From Nitrospirales bacterium (GTDB lineage Bacteria > Nitrospirota > Nitrospiria > Nitrospirales > UBA8639), in the NCBI GenBank assembly GCA_021604145.1, contig BQIX01000002.1:9250-73249 (forward strand): a stretch of DNA of 64,000 nt. Reading direction: 5' to 3'. The position numbers and the translations under genes were made by a program. Under the pieces are notes generated by a model that saw nothing but the letters and a program-made list of their open reading frames with translations, was not told where the DNA came from and searched no databases. This document shows positions 40,188-49,465 of this stretch, piece by piece (within the stretch, counting starts at the first letter, position 1; each line of letters opens with the position of its first letter).

Positions 40188-42035
40188 ATGAACATGGTCA
40201 AAGACCCGGTTTGCGGCATGATGGTGGACGAAGATAAAAGTCTTAGAATGTTCTATCAAGGTGAGGCCTGGTATTTTTGCTCCGACCTTTGCCGGCATGG
40301 CTTCTTAGAAAATCCTGAAAGGTTTGTGGAGAGGCTGGATTCTTCCATCTCGGATTTGGGTGAAATCTCTCGACGTATTGCCTATTTCTCGATGGAGGTG
40401 GGAGTGGATTCCGACATGCCCATTTATAGCGGGGGTTTGGGGATCCTGGCTGGTGATACCTTAAAGTCTTGTGCCGATCTTAAAGTTCCGATGGTAGGCG
40501 TCAGCATGCTGTATGCTAACGGGTATTTCGACCAGAAACTGGATGAATGGGGTAATCAGCAAGAACTGCCCATGACTTGGGATCCCGCTCGCTTAGCTCG
40601 TCGTCTTCGGGTGACGACTCAAGTGCCTATCGAAAATCGAATAGTTACTGTTCAAGCCTGGCAATATGACATTGTCGGCGCCACCGGGTTTACGGTTCCC
40701 CTCATTCTTCTTGATACCAACGTAAATGGAAATGCAGTGTTTGATAGGGAGTTGACCACTTGGCTCTACGGGGGGGACGAACGGTATCGAATAGCCCAGG
40801 AAATTGTGTTGGGTCTTGCAGGAGTGCGCATGCTTCGAGCGTTAGGATACACAGAACTTCAGCGTTTCCATATGAATGAAGGACACGCAGCCTTTCTGGC
40901 CATAAAGCTTTTGGAGGAACAGGGGAATCGCGGAGGTTCGGACTGGGACTTTTCCGGTATTCGCAAGAAATGTATTTTTACCACCCACACCCCCGTTTCT
41001 GCTGGTCACGACCGTTTTTCCTACGATCTCGTGAGGCAGGTATTGACGGAACCCTTGCCTTTGGAACTCATTCAAATGCTCGGGGGAAAAGACCAGCTGA
41101 ATATGACCTATTTGGCCTTGAATATGAGCGACTACATCAATGGTGTTGCCAAGAGGCATGGGGAAGTGGCCCAAGAGATGTTCCCGGGTTACTCAATCGA
41201 TTCCATTACCAATGGGGTTCACTCCGTCACCTGGACCAGTGAGAGCTTCAAAGCTTTGTATGATCGATACATCCCTGGGTGGAGGAATGACCCGTTTGGG
41301 CTTCGGCATGCGATTAGCATCCCGAAGCAAGAAGTTTGGGATGCCCATGTGGAAGCCAAAACCCGGCTCATTGAGGAAGTCAACCGTCGCACCCAATTGT
41401 CTTTCAACAACGATGTGCTGACCCTGGGCTTCGCACGAAGAGCCACGCCGTACAAACGCGCTGATCTAATCTTTTTCGATCCTGATCAGTTGGCAGAGAT
41501 CGCCAAAACCGTCGGACCGATTCAACTCATCTTCGGGGGCAAAGCCCATCCTCGGGATGGCGGGGGAAAGGATATGATTCGGCGAGTGGTCCAGTTTGCG
41601 CGGCAATTCAAGAATGACATATCAATCGCCTATCTTGAGAATTATGACATCGCGTTAGCCAAACTCCTCACTTCCGGGGTTGACCTCTGGCTGAACACCC
41701 CCCATCGACCCTTGGAAGCCTCAGGTACCTCGGGAATGAAAGCCGTCCATAACGGGATTCCAAATTTCAGTGTGCTTGACGGATGGTGGATTGAAGGCCA
41801 CATCGAGGGCGTGACAGGATGGTCCATTGGCCCAAGAACTCCGACCCAATCGGAGACAGGGGATCAGGAAGATGCTCAAGAACTGTATCAGAAATTGCGC
41901 ACCGTGATCGTGCCCATGTTTTACCAAGAACGGGACCAATGGATTAATGTGATGCGCCAATCCGTTGCCTTCAACGCGTCCTTTTTTAACACGCATCGAA
42001 TGGTTCAGCAGTATGCAGTCAATGCCTATGTATGA
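40188..42035 (+). CDS. alpha-glucan (glycogen) phosphorylase, short GT35 form, with N-terminal YHS/TRASH domain
   Basis: N-terminus [35 protein letters not shown]. Then YFSMEVG ... PIYSGGLGILAGDTLKS and the PLP-lysine block EASGTSGMKA. Confidence 0.85.
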   Translation: MNMVKDPVCGMMVDEDKSLRMFYQGEAWYFCSDLCRHGFLENPERFVERLDSSISDLGEISRRIAYFSMEVGVDSDMPIYSGGLGILAGDTLKSCADLKVPMVGVSMLYANGYFDQKLDEWGNQQELPMTWDPARLARRLRVTTQVPIENRIVTVQAWQYDIVGATGFTVPLILLDTNVNGNAVFDRELTTWLYGGDERYRIAQEIVLGLAGVRMLRALGYTELQRFHMNEGHAAFLAIKLLEEQGNRGGSDWDFSGIRKKCIFTTHTPVSAGHDRFSYDLVRQVLTEPLPLELIQMLGGKDQLNMTYLALNMSDYINGVAKRHGEVAQEMFPGYSIDSITNGVHSVTWTSESFKALYDRYIPGWRNDPFGLRHAISIPKQEVWDAHVEAKTRLIEEVNRRTQLSFNNDVLTLGFARRATPYKRADLIFFDPDQLAEIAKTVGPIQLIFGGKAHPRDGGGKDMIRRVVQFARQFKNDISIAYLENYDIALAKLLTSGVDLWLNTPHRPLEASGTSGMKAVHNGIPNFSVLDGWWIEGHIEGVTGWSIGPRTPTQSETGDQEDAQELYQKLRTVIVPMFYQERDQWINVMRQSVAFNASFFNTHRMVQQYAVNAYV

Positions 42036-42158
42036 AGAAAGATATTCAAACAGAGAGGGTCTTTCTCTGACGCGCATAAAGGCTCCCAGCTTGTTTCGGT
42101 CCTCAAGTTGGTCGGGAATGCGAAAGGGAAGCGCCATCATCTATTTAGGAGGTGCAGC

Positions 42159-42494
42159 ATGAAGAACAGAACAAACTGGAAAATGTTAGCGGGAGCCGTT
42201 GTGGTTACCCTACTGGTCGGCTGTGCGACCGTTTCTGTTCCTCCCCACCAGATGGTGCAACAAAACAATCATGCCGGGTTGTCCGCTTGGTACGAACAAG
42301 AAGCGGTTAGTCTCCGCGCACGGGCTGAAGAAATGAGACAAATGGCCAAAAGCTACGAGCAGCGAATGACCAAGCCAAAACAAAATTCTGCGCTTGTTCA
42401 ACATTGCCGCAATTTGTCGGAGAGATACTCCAAGGCGGCCGAAGAGGCTCAGGCGTTGGCGACATTGCATACTGAACAGCAAATGGGGCAATGA
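42159..42494 (+). CDS. small lipoprotein, paralog B of 21390-21764
   Basis: Lipobox LVGCAT. Shared NNHAGLSAWY ... EEMRQMA ... HCRNLSERYSKAAEE. TAGGAGGTG RBS. Confidence 0.65.
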   Translation: MKNRTNWKMLAGAVVVTLLVGCATVSVPPHQMVQQNNHAGLSAWYEQEAVSLRARAEEMRQMAKSYEQRMTKPKQNSALVQHCRNLSERYSKAAEEAQALATLHTEQQMGQ

Positions 42495-42578
42495 GGCATT
42501 TTCAATGTATTTAAGATTACTCCTGTCCCAAATAGCTGAAATCAGGCCTCGCTGATGCACGACCCTAAATAGAACGAA

Positions 42579-43763
42579 ATGAAAAGTAAAAACCATCTGT
42601 TGCGATCTGAGCGGACGGCTGGGCTGCTGATGATCGGCGCTATGACGTTGGCACTAATAGCGGCTAATTCGCCTCTTCAGCCAATTTATCAAACAATCCA
42701 CCATACACCTGTACACGTTCGATTTGGTCCATTAATAATTGATGAGCCACTGGTTGTATGGATCAACGAAGGGCTCATGGTTATTTTTTTTCTTTTGGTG
42801 GGCCTCGAAATCAAACGAGAATTGCTGGTAGGGCAACTCAGGACTCCGGCTCTCTTTGCCCTTCCAGGCCTCGCTGCTCTTGGAGGTATGGCACTCCCTG
42901 CAGCCATCTACTCAACCATCAACTGGACTGATCCCGTGTTACTTCGTGGGTGGGCGATTCCTACGGCAACCGACATCGTGCTTGCCCTCGGAATTTTGTC
43001 ATTTTTCAATGCTCGAATACCTCATAGTCTCAAGGTCTTCCTCATGGCCGTTGCGGTCTTTGATGATATTGGAGCCGTCTTTATCATTGGACTGTTCTAT
43101 GGTCAAGAACTGGCTCTTCTTCCTTTAGCCCTGGCTGCAATTGGGGGAACAGCATTAGTGGGCCTCAACATTTTTAATATTGTCAGACCTGCTGCTTACG
43201 TATTCGTGGGATTATTTCTTTGGGTCTCGACGTTGAAGGCTGGGATTGAGCCAGCGTTGGTTGGCGTGCTTATCGGACTAGCGGTTCCATTACGCGTCCC
43301 AGATCGAGCGGGCTATTCTCCACTGGGTGAAACGGAGAGACAATTGCGGCCTTGGGGATATTTGTGCGTCGTTCCCTTATTTGCGTTCTTCAACTCTGGT
43401 GTCTCTTTTTCTGGTGCTGAGGTTGAGACGCTCTTCAATAAATCATCGGTTGGAATCATGACGGGGTTGTTTCTTGGCAAGCAACTCGGAATATTTGTTG
43501 CCGCATGGATGGCCGTACAACTGAGATTGGCACAGCTACCGGATGAAATAAGTTGGGCGCAGCTCTATGGCGTCGCGTTGTTGGGGGGAATTGGCTTCAC
43601 GATGAGCCTTTTTGTTTCTTCGCTGGCCTTCACTGAACCGAGTCTCATCCAATCTTCCAGATTCGCGATCCTAACAGGTTCAATTTTATCAGCTGTCACA
43701 GGAATGGTGGTCCTTTACCATTCGACCATGAGAAGTAACTATGGAAAGGTCCAAGCATGCTAA
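42579..43763 (+). CDS. nhaA: Na+/H+ antiporter NhaA
   Basis: About 12 TM. NhaA blocks WINEGLMVIFFLLVGLEIKRE, IPTATDI, and AVFDDIGAV with the paired Asp. Confidence 0.9.
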   Translation: MKSKNHLLRSERTAGLLMIGAMTLALIAANSPLQPIYQTIHHTPVHVRFGPLIIDEPLVVWINEGLMVIFFLLVGLEIKRELLVGQLRTPALFALPGLAALGGMALPAAIYSTINWTDPVLLRGWAIPTATDIVLALGILSFFNARIPHSLKVFLMAVAVFDDIGAVFIIGLFYGQELALLPLALAAIGGTALVGLNIFNIVRPAAYVFVGLFLWVSTLKAGIEPALVGVLIGLAVPLRVPDRAGYSPLGETERQLRPWGYLCVVPLFAFFNSGVSFSGAEVETLFNKSSVGIMTGLFLGKQLGIFVAAWMAVQLRLAQLPDEISWAQLYGVALLGGIGFTMSLFVSSLAFTEPSLIQSSRFAILTGSILSAVTGMVVLYHSTMRSNYGKVQAC

Positions 43764-43877
43764 GAACAGACCGATATTCTTTGGGTAGGTTTATTTGGTC
43801 TGTACATGAAATTTGAGACTTTCTTTTTATAGAGGCAGTTCTTTGAAGAACAATTTGGTTAAAAGGAAAGTATTACG

Positions 43878-45245
43878 TTGAGTCAAGACCTGTATCGACA
43901 TACACGAATCTTGGATATGGTCGGGGATATTCTTCGTGTACGCGCACCCAATATTCCGTTGGGGGAACTCGGGATAGTGGAGAATGTTAACGGTGAGCGA
44001 TCAATGGCTTGTGTGATTGAATTGAAAAGAGAAGTCGCCAGTTTACAATTGTTCGCTGGGGCGAAAGGTTACTCGACTGGATCTACCGTGCGATTTTTGG
44101 GCACCCCCATGCAAGTCACCTATTCTCCAAACATTTTAGGGCGAATTTTTCGGGGCTCTGGTGAACCTATAGATGCAGGGCCCGATCTTTGGGCTGAGCC
44201 CAAAATCGATATTGCTGGCCCAACCGTCAATCCGATTATGCGAGTGATGCCTCAAACTATGATTCATACGCACATCCCAATGATTGATCTGTTTAACAGT
44301 CTGGTGGAAAGTCAAAAAATTCCCATCTTTACCATTCCAGGCGAACCACATAATGAATTACTGGCTCGAATCGGTTTTCAAGCAGACGCGGATATCGTGA
44401 TTTTTGGCGGCTTAGGATTGATCTTCGACGATTTTTATTTTTTCCGATCGACTTTTGAGGAACAAGGGGTTTTCCATCGAACCGTGATGTTCGTCAATTT
44501 GGCCTCTGACCCCATCGTGGAGCGATTGCTCGTTCCAGATATGGCTTTGGCCGTTGCCGAACGGTTCGCAGTGGAAGAAGGAAAACGGGTCCTGGTGTTG
44601 CTTACCGATATGACGGCTTATGCGGATGCTATGAAGGAAATCGGGCTGGCTTTAGAGCATATTCCCTCAAATCGTGGATATTTGGGTGATCTCTACACCC
44701 AGCTCGCCAAACGCTATGAAAAAGCCTGTGATTTTAAAGGAGCTGGGTCCGTGACCATTCTTACGGTTACCACCATGCCCGGAAACGATGTCACGCATCC
44801 CGTGCCGGACAACACGGGGTACATCACCGAGGGGCAGTTTTATCTTCATGATCGCATGATTGATCCCTTTGGCTCTTTATCTCGCTTAAAACAACGGGTC
44901 ATCGGGAAAGTCACTCGAGATGACCACGCCCAAATCATGAATACCATGATCCGCCTATACGCAGGGGCCCAGGAAGCAGCCCAAAAGCAGGCTATGGCCT
45001 TTGATCTCTCTCCTTTCGATAAGAACCTTTTACAATTTGGCCAGCTGTTCCGGAAACGGTTTATGGACATCAATGTTTCTCTTCACATTGACAAGGCCCT
45101 GGACCTCTGTTGGGAAACCTTAGGTGAGTGCTTTGAACCTCAAGAACTGCTCATTAAACAAACACTCATCGATAAATATTTCCGCCCTCTGAAAGAGGGC
45201 AACCACGTTAAGCAGGATGTAAATGGCACGACTGGCGCTCAATAA
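43878..45245 (+). CDS. ntpB: V/A-type ATPase subunit B
   Basis: Regulatory-subunit fold without a canonical P-loop. Blocks LLTDMTAYADAMKEI and PSNRGYLGDLYTQLAKRYE. Confidence 0.9.
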   Translation: MSQDLYRHTRILDMVGDILRVRAPNIPLGELGIVENVNGERSMACVIELKREVASLQLFAGAKGYSTGSTVRFLGTPMQVTYSPNILGRIFRGSGEPIDAGPDLWAEPKIDIAGPTVNPIMRVMPQTMIHTHIPMIDLFNSLVESQKIPIFTIPGEPHNELLARIGFQADADIVIFGGLGLIFDDFYFFRSTFEEQGVFHRTVMFVNLASDPIVERLLVPDMALAVAERFAVEEGKRVLVLLTDMTAYADAMKEIGLALEHIPSNRGYLGDLYTQLAKRYEKACDFKGAGSVTILTVTTMPGNDVTHPVPDNTGYITEGQFYLHDRMIDPFGSLSRLKQRVIGKVTRDDHAQIMNTMIRLYAGAQEAAQKQAMAFDLSPFDKNLLQFGQLFRKRFMDINVSLHIDKALDLCWETLGECFEPQELLIKQTLIDKYFRPLKEGNHVKQDVNGTTGAQ

Positions 45246-45828
45246 AACCGAACTACACAAGCAGAGAAAGCAGTTAAACATTTACCAACAGTTTCTGCCT
45301 TCGCTCGATCTCAAACGGCAACATCTTATGGCCCTCATCGCTGTGAGCAAGAGCTTGATGGAGGAGAAAAAGGCTCAGCTCGCACATTTAATTACTCAAT
45401 CAGGTGAACGCCTTCCCATGGTGGCTAATCAAGAGATTGATTTATCGGGGTTATTGAAGGTTCAGGACATTACGCTTGGGGAAGAAAATATATTGGGGGT
45501 GAAACTACCAGTCCTCATAAATGTGAATTGGCACTTCCGAGAATATGCCTTACTGGCGAAACCTCATTGGGTGGATGTGTTGGTTGTGCAACTTCGTCAG
45601 GTAGCCGAATTAAAGATCCAAATTCAAGTAGAGGAAGAACGAAAACGGCGCCTCGATAGTGCGACCAGACGAACGGCCCAGCGGGTCAACCTATTTGAGA
45701 AAGTCATGATTCCTTCCAAGAGACAGCATATAAAGAAAATTCAAATCTTTTTAGCAGACACCGAGCGTGGCGATGTTGTGCGCTCCAAGATTGCCAAAGG
45801 GAAGCATCTCGGAAAAGGATCGTTATAA
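45223..45828 (+). CDS. ntpD: V/A-type ATPase subunit D
   Basis: LNKTELHKQRKQLNIYQQFLPSLDLKRQ and the C-terminal EERERxxVxRxK-like helix. Confidence 0.85.
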   Translation: MARLALNKTELHKQRKQLNIYQQFLPSLDLKRQHLMALIAVSKSLMEEKKAQLAHLITQSGERLPMVANQEIDLSGLLKVQDITLGEENILGVKLPVLINVNWHFREYALLAKPHWVDVLVVQLRQVAELKIQIQVEEERKRRLDSATRRTAQRVNLFEKVMIPSKRQHIKKIQIFLADTERGDVVRSKIAKGKHLGKGSL

Positions 45829-45848
45829 CGCGGAAGAGGTGGACAACC

Positions 45849-47648
45849 TTGAGTATCGTCTCGTTAAAAAAAGTCACTTTTTACGGCCTGTTCGAGGAAA
45901 AATTGTGTCGGCTGGCTGAACTTCAAGAGCTGGGCTGTCTTCACCTGATCCCATTAGAGGGTAGAGGGGACAAGGAAGAATTTGCACCTTCCTCTCTACC
46001 AGCGCGAAATGCCTTAAAATTTCTTCTTTCGTGTCACGAACGACGGCGGCAGGTCCACAATCCTGAGGGATTCAACGCCTCGCGCGTTGAACAGGAAGCG
46101 TTAGCTATTCAAGCTCGAAAACAATCCCTGCAGGCAGAGCGAGATGCCCTTCTCCCCAAAATTCGCACGCTCCAACCTTGGGGAAACTTCTCCATCCCCC
46201 CATCGGGCAGCCTTGGGAATTTCAGGATGTGGTTTTACATCATTCCCCACTATCAAATGAAACAAATGAAAAACACCACCTATATTTGGCAAGTGGTGAA
46301 TCACGATAACCGTTTTAGCTACGTGGTGGTGGTTGGGAAAGAGGAACCGGTCAACCTACCAGGCAGCCGAACTGATCTTGGGGTGCAGTCGCTATTGGAG
46401 TTGGAAACCAGACTTGAAGAAATCAATGTGGAATTAGATGACCTGTGGGCTCAACGATTGAGTCTTACCCGATGGGTGGATTTGTTTGTCCAAAACCTGA
46501 ATCAGCTTCAAGACAAAGCGCTGCTTGAAAGCGCTCTTAAGCAAACCTACGATGCCGACCCAATTTTTGTTTGCCAAGCATGGACGCCTCAATCGGACAT
46601 TTCCCGACTTCAAGTCTATGCCCGCACCCACGGTCTGGGGATGGTCGTCGAAAATCCTGACCCTTGTGACACTCCACCGACGTTTCTTGAAAACCCCGAA
46701 CCGTTAGAAGCCGGAAAAGATTTGGTCTCTTTTTATTTGACTCCTGACTACAGGTCATGGGATCCCTCCACGACCGTGTTCATCTCTTTCGCCGTCTTTT
46801 TTGCCATCATCCTTTCCGATGCAGGATATGCCGCCTTGCTAGGATTATTTCTTCTTATTATGTGGAGAAGTCTCACCCGAACGCCAACACGCCGTAAATA
46901 TCGGAATTTATTTATGGCATTAATTCTCACCTCTACAGTTTGGGGGGTATTGGTAGGCAGCTACTTTGGCATCCAGCCTGGTTCTGAAACATTGTTGGCT
47001 AAGGTACAAATATTCGATATCAAGAACTCCGATAACATGATCCTCTTATCCATATTGATAGGGGTTATTCATGTTCTGATGGCTAATCTTGTAGAGGCCT
47101 ATCGACAGAGAAAGAGTCAACAAGCCCTCTCACGGGTTGGTTGGGTCCTCCTCATTTTGGGGGCGACCGGATTATGGTTAAGTTCCCAAAAAGTGCTTCC
47201 CTCAAGTTGGGAAGCCATAAGCCCTTGGATCATGGCGGTAGGGGGTCTCAGTATTCTCTTATTTAAAAACCCGCACCCGAACATTTCAAAGCGCCTTTGG
47301 GGTGGTCTTTTAGAAATAGCCCGCCTGCCAAATGCCTTTGGAGATATCCTTAGCTATCTTCGTCTCTTTGCCCTGGGACTAGCCAGTGCCTCGTTAGCCA
47401 TGGCATTTAACCACCTGGCGATCGAGGCGGCCAGAACCTTTCATGGCTTTGGGATGCTCATAGCACTATTCATTATCGTGTTGGGACACGGTCTGAATCT
47501 TTCGCTTGCCATCGTCAGTGGGTTTGTTCATGGATTGCGCTTAAACTTTATTGAATTTTTTAATTGGAGCCTTTCAGAAGAAGGCTATCCCTTTCGAGCA
47601 TTTGCCAAAAAGGAGAAACCAAGGTGGAACAAATTATCCTCATTCTAG
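45849..47648 (+). CDS. ntpI: V/A-type ATPase subunit I (a-subunit)
   Basis: Soluble N-terminal half plus about 7 TM. Conserved SYLRLFALGLAS arginine block. Confidence 0.85.
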   Translation: MSIVSLKKVTFYGLFEEKLCRLAELQELGCLHLIPLEGRGDKEEFAPSSLPARNALKFLLSCHERRRQVHNPEGFNASRVEQEALAIQARKQSLQAERDALLPKIRTLQPWGNFSIPPSGSLGNFRMWFYIIPHYQMKQMKNTTYIWQVVNHDNRFSYVVVVGKEEPVNLPGSRTDLGVQSLLELETRLEEINVELDDLWAQRLSLTRWVDLFVQNLNQLQDKALLESALKQTYDADPIFVCQAWTPQSDISRLQVYARTHGLGMVVENPDPCDTPPTFLENPEPLEAGKDLVSFYLTPDYRSWDPSTTVFISFAVFFAIILSDAGYAALLGLFLLIMWRSLTRTPTRRKYRNLFMALILTSTVWGVLVGSYFGIQPGSETLLAKVQIFDIKNSDNMILLSILIGVIHVLMANLVEAYRQRKSQQALSRVGWVLLILGATGLWLSSQKVLPSSWEAISPWIMAVGGLSILLFKNPHPNISKRLWGGLLEIARLPNAFGDILSYLRLFALGLASASLAMAFNHLAIEAARTFHGFGMLIALFIIVLGHGLNLSLAIVSGFVHGLRLNFIEFFNWSLSEEGYPFRAFAKKEKPRWNKLSSF

Positions 47649-48073
47649 GTTGGATGGGCATTTATAGCCCCATGGCCCTTGGAGCGATTGGCAGCATTGT
47701 GGGATGTGCTCGCGCTGGCCAGGCGGCGTGCGGAGCACTCCTGGAAACAGAAAGTGGGCATGGTCGTTTCATCGGGGTATCGGCCATGCCATCGTCTCAA
47801 ACTGTGTATGGAATTGTGGTCATGCTCTCTCTCAACAGAACGGTCACTCTTGAAAGTTCCCCTGGCCTCTTTGGAATAGGGATTCTCGCTGGACTGGCAT
47901 TACTGATGAGCGCCATCCATCAGGGAAACTGCTGTGCCTCTGCCATCAATGTGGCAAAAACCAAATCTGAAATTTTTGGACTCTCCATCGCGCCGGCAGC
48001 CGTTGTAGAGGGATTTGCCGTCTTTGCCTTCGTGTTTGCTTTACTATTAGGTGCTGGGGTGCCGTTAACCTGA
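47624..48073 (+). CDS. ntpK: V/A-type ATPase proteolipid subunit K (double hairpin)
   Basis: Four hydrophobic helices with a carboxylate in AAVVEGFAVFAFV. GTG 47624 lies 8 nt after AAGGAG, but the start is uncertain (ATG 47654 is also possible). Confidence 0.75.
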   Translation: MEQIILILGWMGIYSPMALGAIGSIVGCARAGQAACGALLETESGHGRFIGVSAMPSSQTVYGIVVMLSLNRTVTLESSPGLFGIGILAGLALLMSAIHQGNCCASAINVAKTKSEIFGLSIAPAAVVEGFAVFAFVFALLLGAGVPLT

Positions 48074-48094
48074 AGGAACGATTAGAGGTCAAGG

Positions 48095-48772
48095 ATGTCT
48101 GACGAACCACAATCGGCTCAAGGGGTCGAGCATTTTATCCAACAATTGCGAGACAAAGGTGTCGAAGCTGGCCAGCGAGAAGCTGACCGACTCGTAGACG
48201 AAGCGCGGAAGATGGCCTTAGAGATTGTCCAAAAGGCTAACGGTGAAGCTGATGAAATGAAAGCCAAGATCAAAAAGGATATTGAACAAGACAAAGCCGC
48301 TGCAGAAGCGGCTTTGAAACTCGCCTTTCGAGACACCGTGTTACGTTTGAAATCAGAAATCACGTCCCGATTTGCCGCTCAAGTCAAAAATTTGGTGTCC
48401 GTGACGATGCACGATAGAGAAAGTCTTCGGGAGCTCATTCTAGAAGTGGTACGTGAAATTCTGACTAAAGACATTGAAAACCAACCGATAGAAATTTTGA
48501 TTTCTCCAGAGATAATACGCGGCCATGAATTTTCTGAGAACCCTGAGGATCCTCAAGCAGACCCTCTTTCAACCCTCATCCAACAACTCTCAAGTGAAAT
48601 GCTGCGCCAAGAAATTGAGATTAAAGCTGGTGGCGACCACACAGAAGGAATCCGAATTCGGCTCATCGACAAAGATCTAGAAATAGAGTTGACCGAACAG
48701 ACCCTTTCCGACCTTCTTTTAAAACATGTACTTCCGCGGTTTCGAGCGAGGCTTGAAGGAATGGTGAGATAA
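48095..48772 (+). CDS. ntpE: V/A-type ATPase subunit E (peripheral stalk)
   Basis: Long N-terminal charged helix (EADRLVDEARKMALEIVQKANGEADEMKAKIKKDIEQDKAAAEAALK) and a globular C-terminus. Position in the operon. Confidence 0.7.
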   Translation: MSDEPQSAQGVEHFIQQLRDKGVEAGQREADRLVDEARKMALEIVQKANGEADEMKAKIKKDIEQDKAAAEAALKLAFRDTVLRLKSEITSRFAAQVKNLVSVTMHDRESLRELILEVVREILTKDIENQPIEILISPEIIRGHEFSENPEDPQADPLSTLIQQLSSEMLRQEIEIKAGGDHTEGIRIRLIDKDLEIELTEQTLSDLLLKHVLPRFRARLEGMVR

Positions 48773-48784
48773 GAGAACGGCAAA

Positions 48785-49465
48785 GTGAAACAGGTACACA
48801 ACACATACTATACACTCATGGCGAGTCTTCCATTTTTGCCACGCTTTGATAAAGCAAAAAGGTTGCCAATAACCTTGGAACGCTTGGAGGCTCGGATGAG
48901 CATGTTGGTCCAGGAAGATGCTGAAACAGCCGGGGTCGCGATGGACTTTTTATGGTGGGAGCGCCAGCCTGTCGAACGTACGGATAAAGAGGTCATTGCC
49001 TGGTACAAACACATCATGCTTTCCGTACACCAACCAACCCTGAGGAACATCATCAAATTTAAAATGACTATGCGAACTATTCTTGCTGCGTTACGCCGGC
49101 GCCATCGCTCCATACCTTCAGAAGGAATGGCGTGGGGGATTGCACCCTGGGTGAGTCATATTGAGCGAAACTGGAATGAAGCCAATTTCAAACTTTCACC
49201 CCTTTTCCCATGGGTTCCTGAAGCCCGGCAGCTTCTCGAGACAGAAGAAACGCTGAAGTTACAGAAATGCCTTATGCATTTGTCTTGGAACTATTTGAAT
49301 CACGTAACTGAGGGGCAGTATTTTACCTTCGATGTATTCCTGGCCTATTTGTTCAAATGGGATCTCCTAAACAGATGGGCACTGTATAACAAACACAACG
49401 CCATTGTTCGTTTCGAAAAATTAACCATGGAGGCTCTCGGTGAATACAACCGGGTCTTTGCCTAA
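48785..49465 (+). CDS. DUF2764-like protein (V-ATPase-associated, found between E and A in chlamydial-type operons)
   Basis: N-terminal YYTLMASLPFLPRF resembles the YYYLxASLPxL start of DUF2764 as recalled. Operon context. Confidence 0.55.
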   Translation: MKQVHNTYYTLMASLPFLPRFDKAKRLPITLERLEARMSMLVQEDAETAGVAMDFLWWERQPVERTDKEVIAWYKHIMLSVHQPTLRNIIKFKMTMRTILAALRRRHRSIPSEGMAWGIAPWVSHIERNWNEANFKLSPLFPWVPEARQLLETEETLKLQKCLMHLSWNYLNHVTEGQYFTFDVFLAYLFKWDLLNRWALYNKHNAIVRFEKLTMEALGEYNRVFA

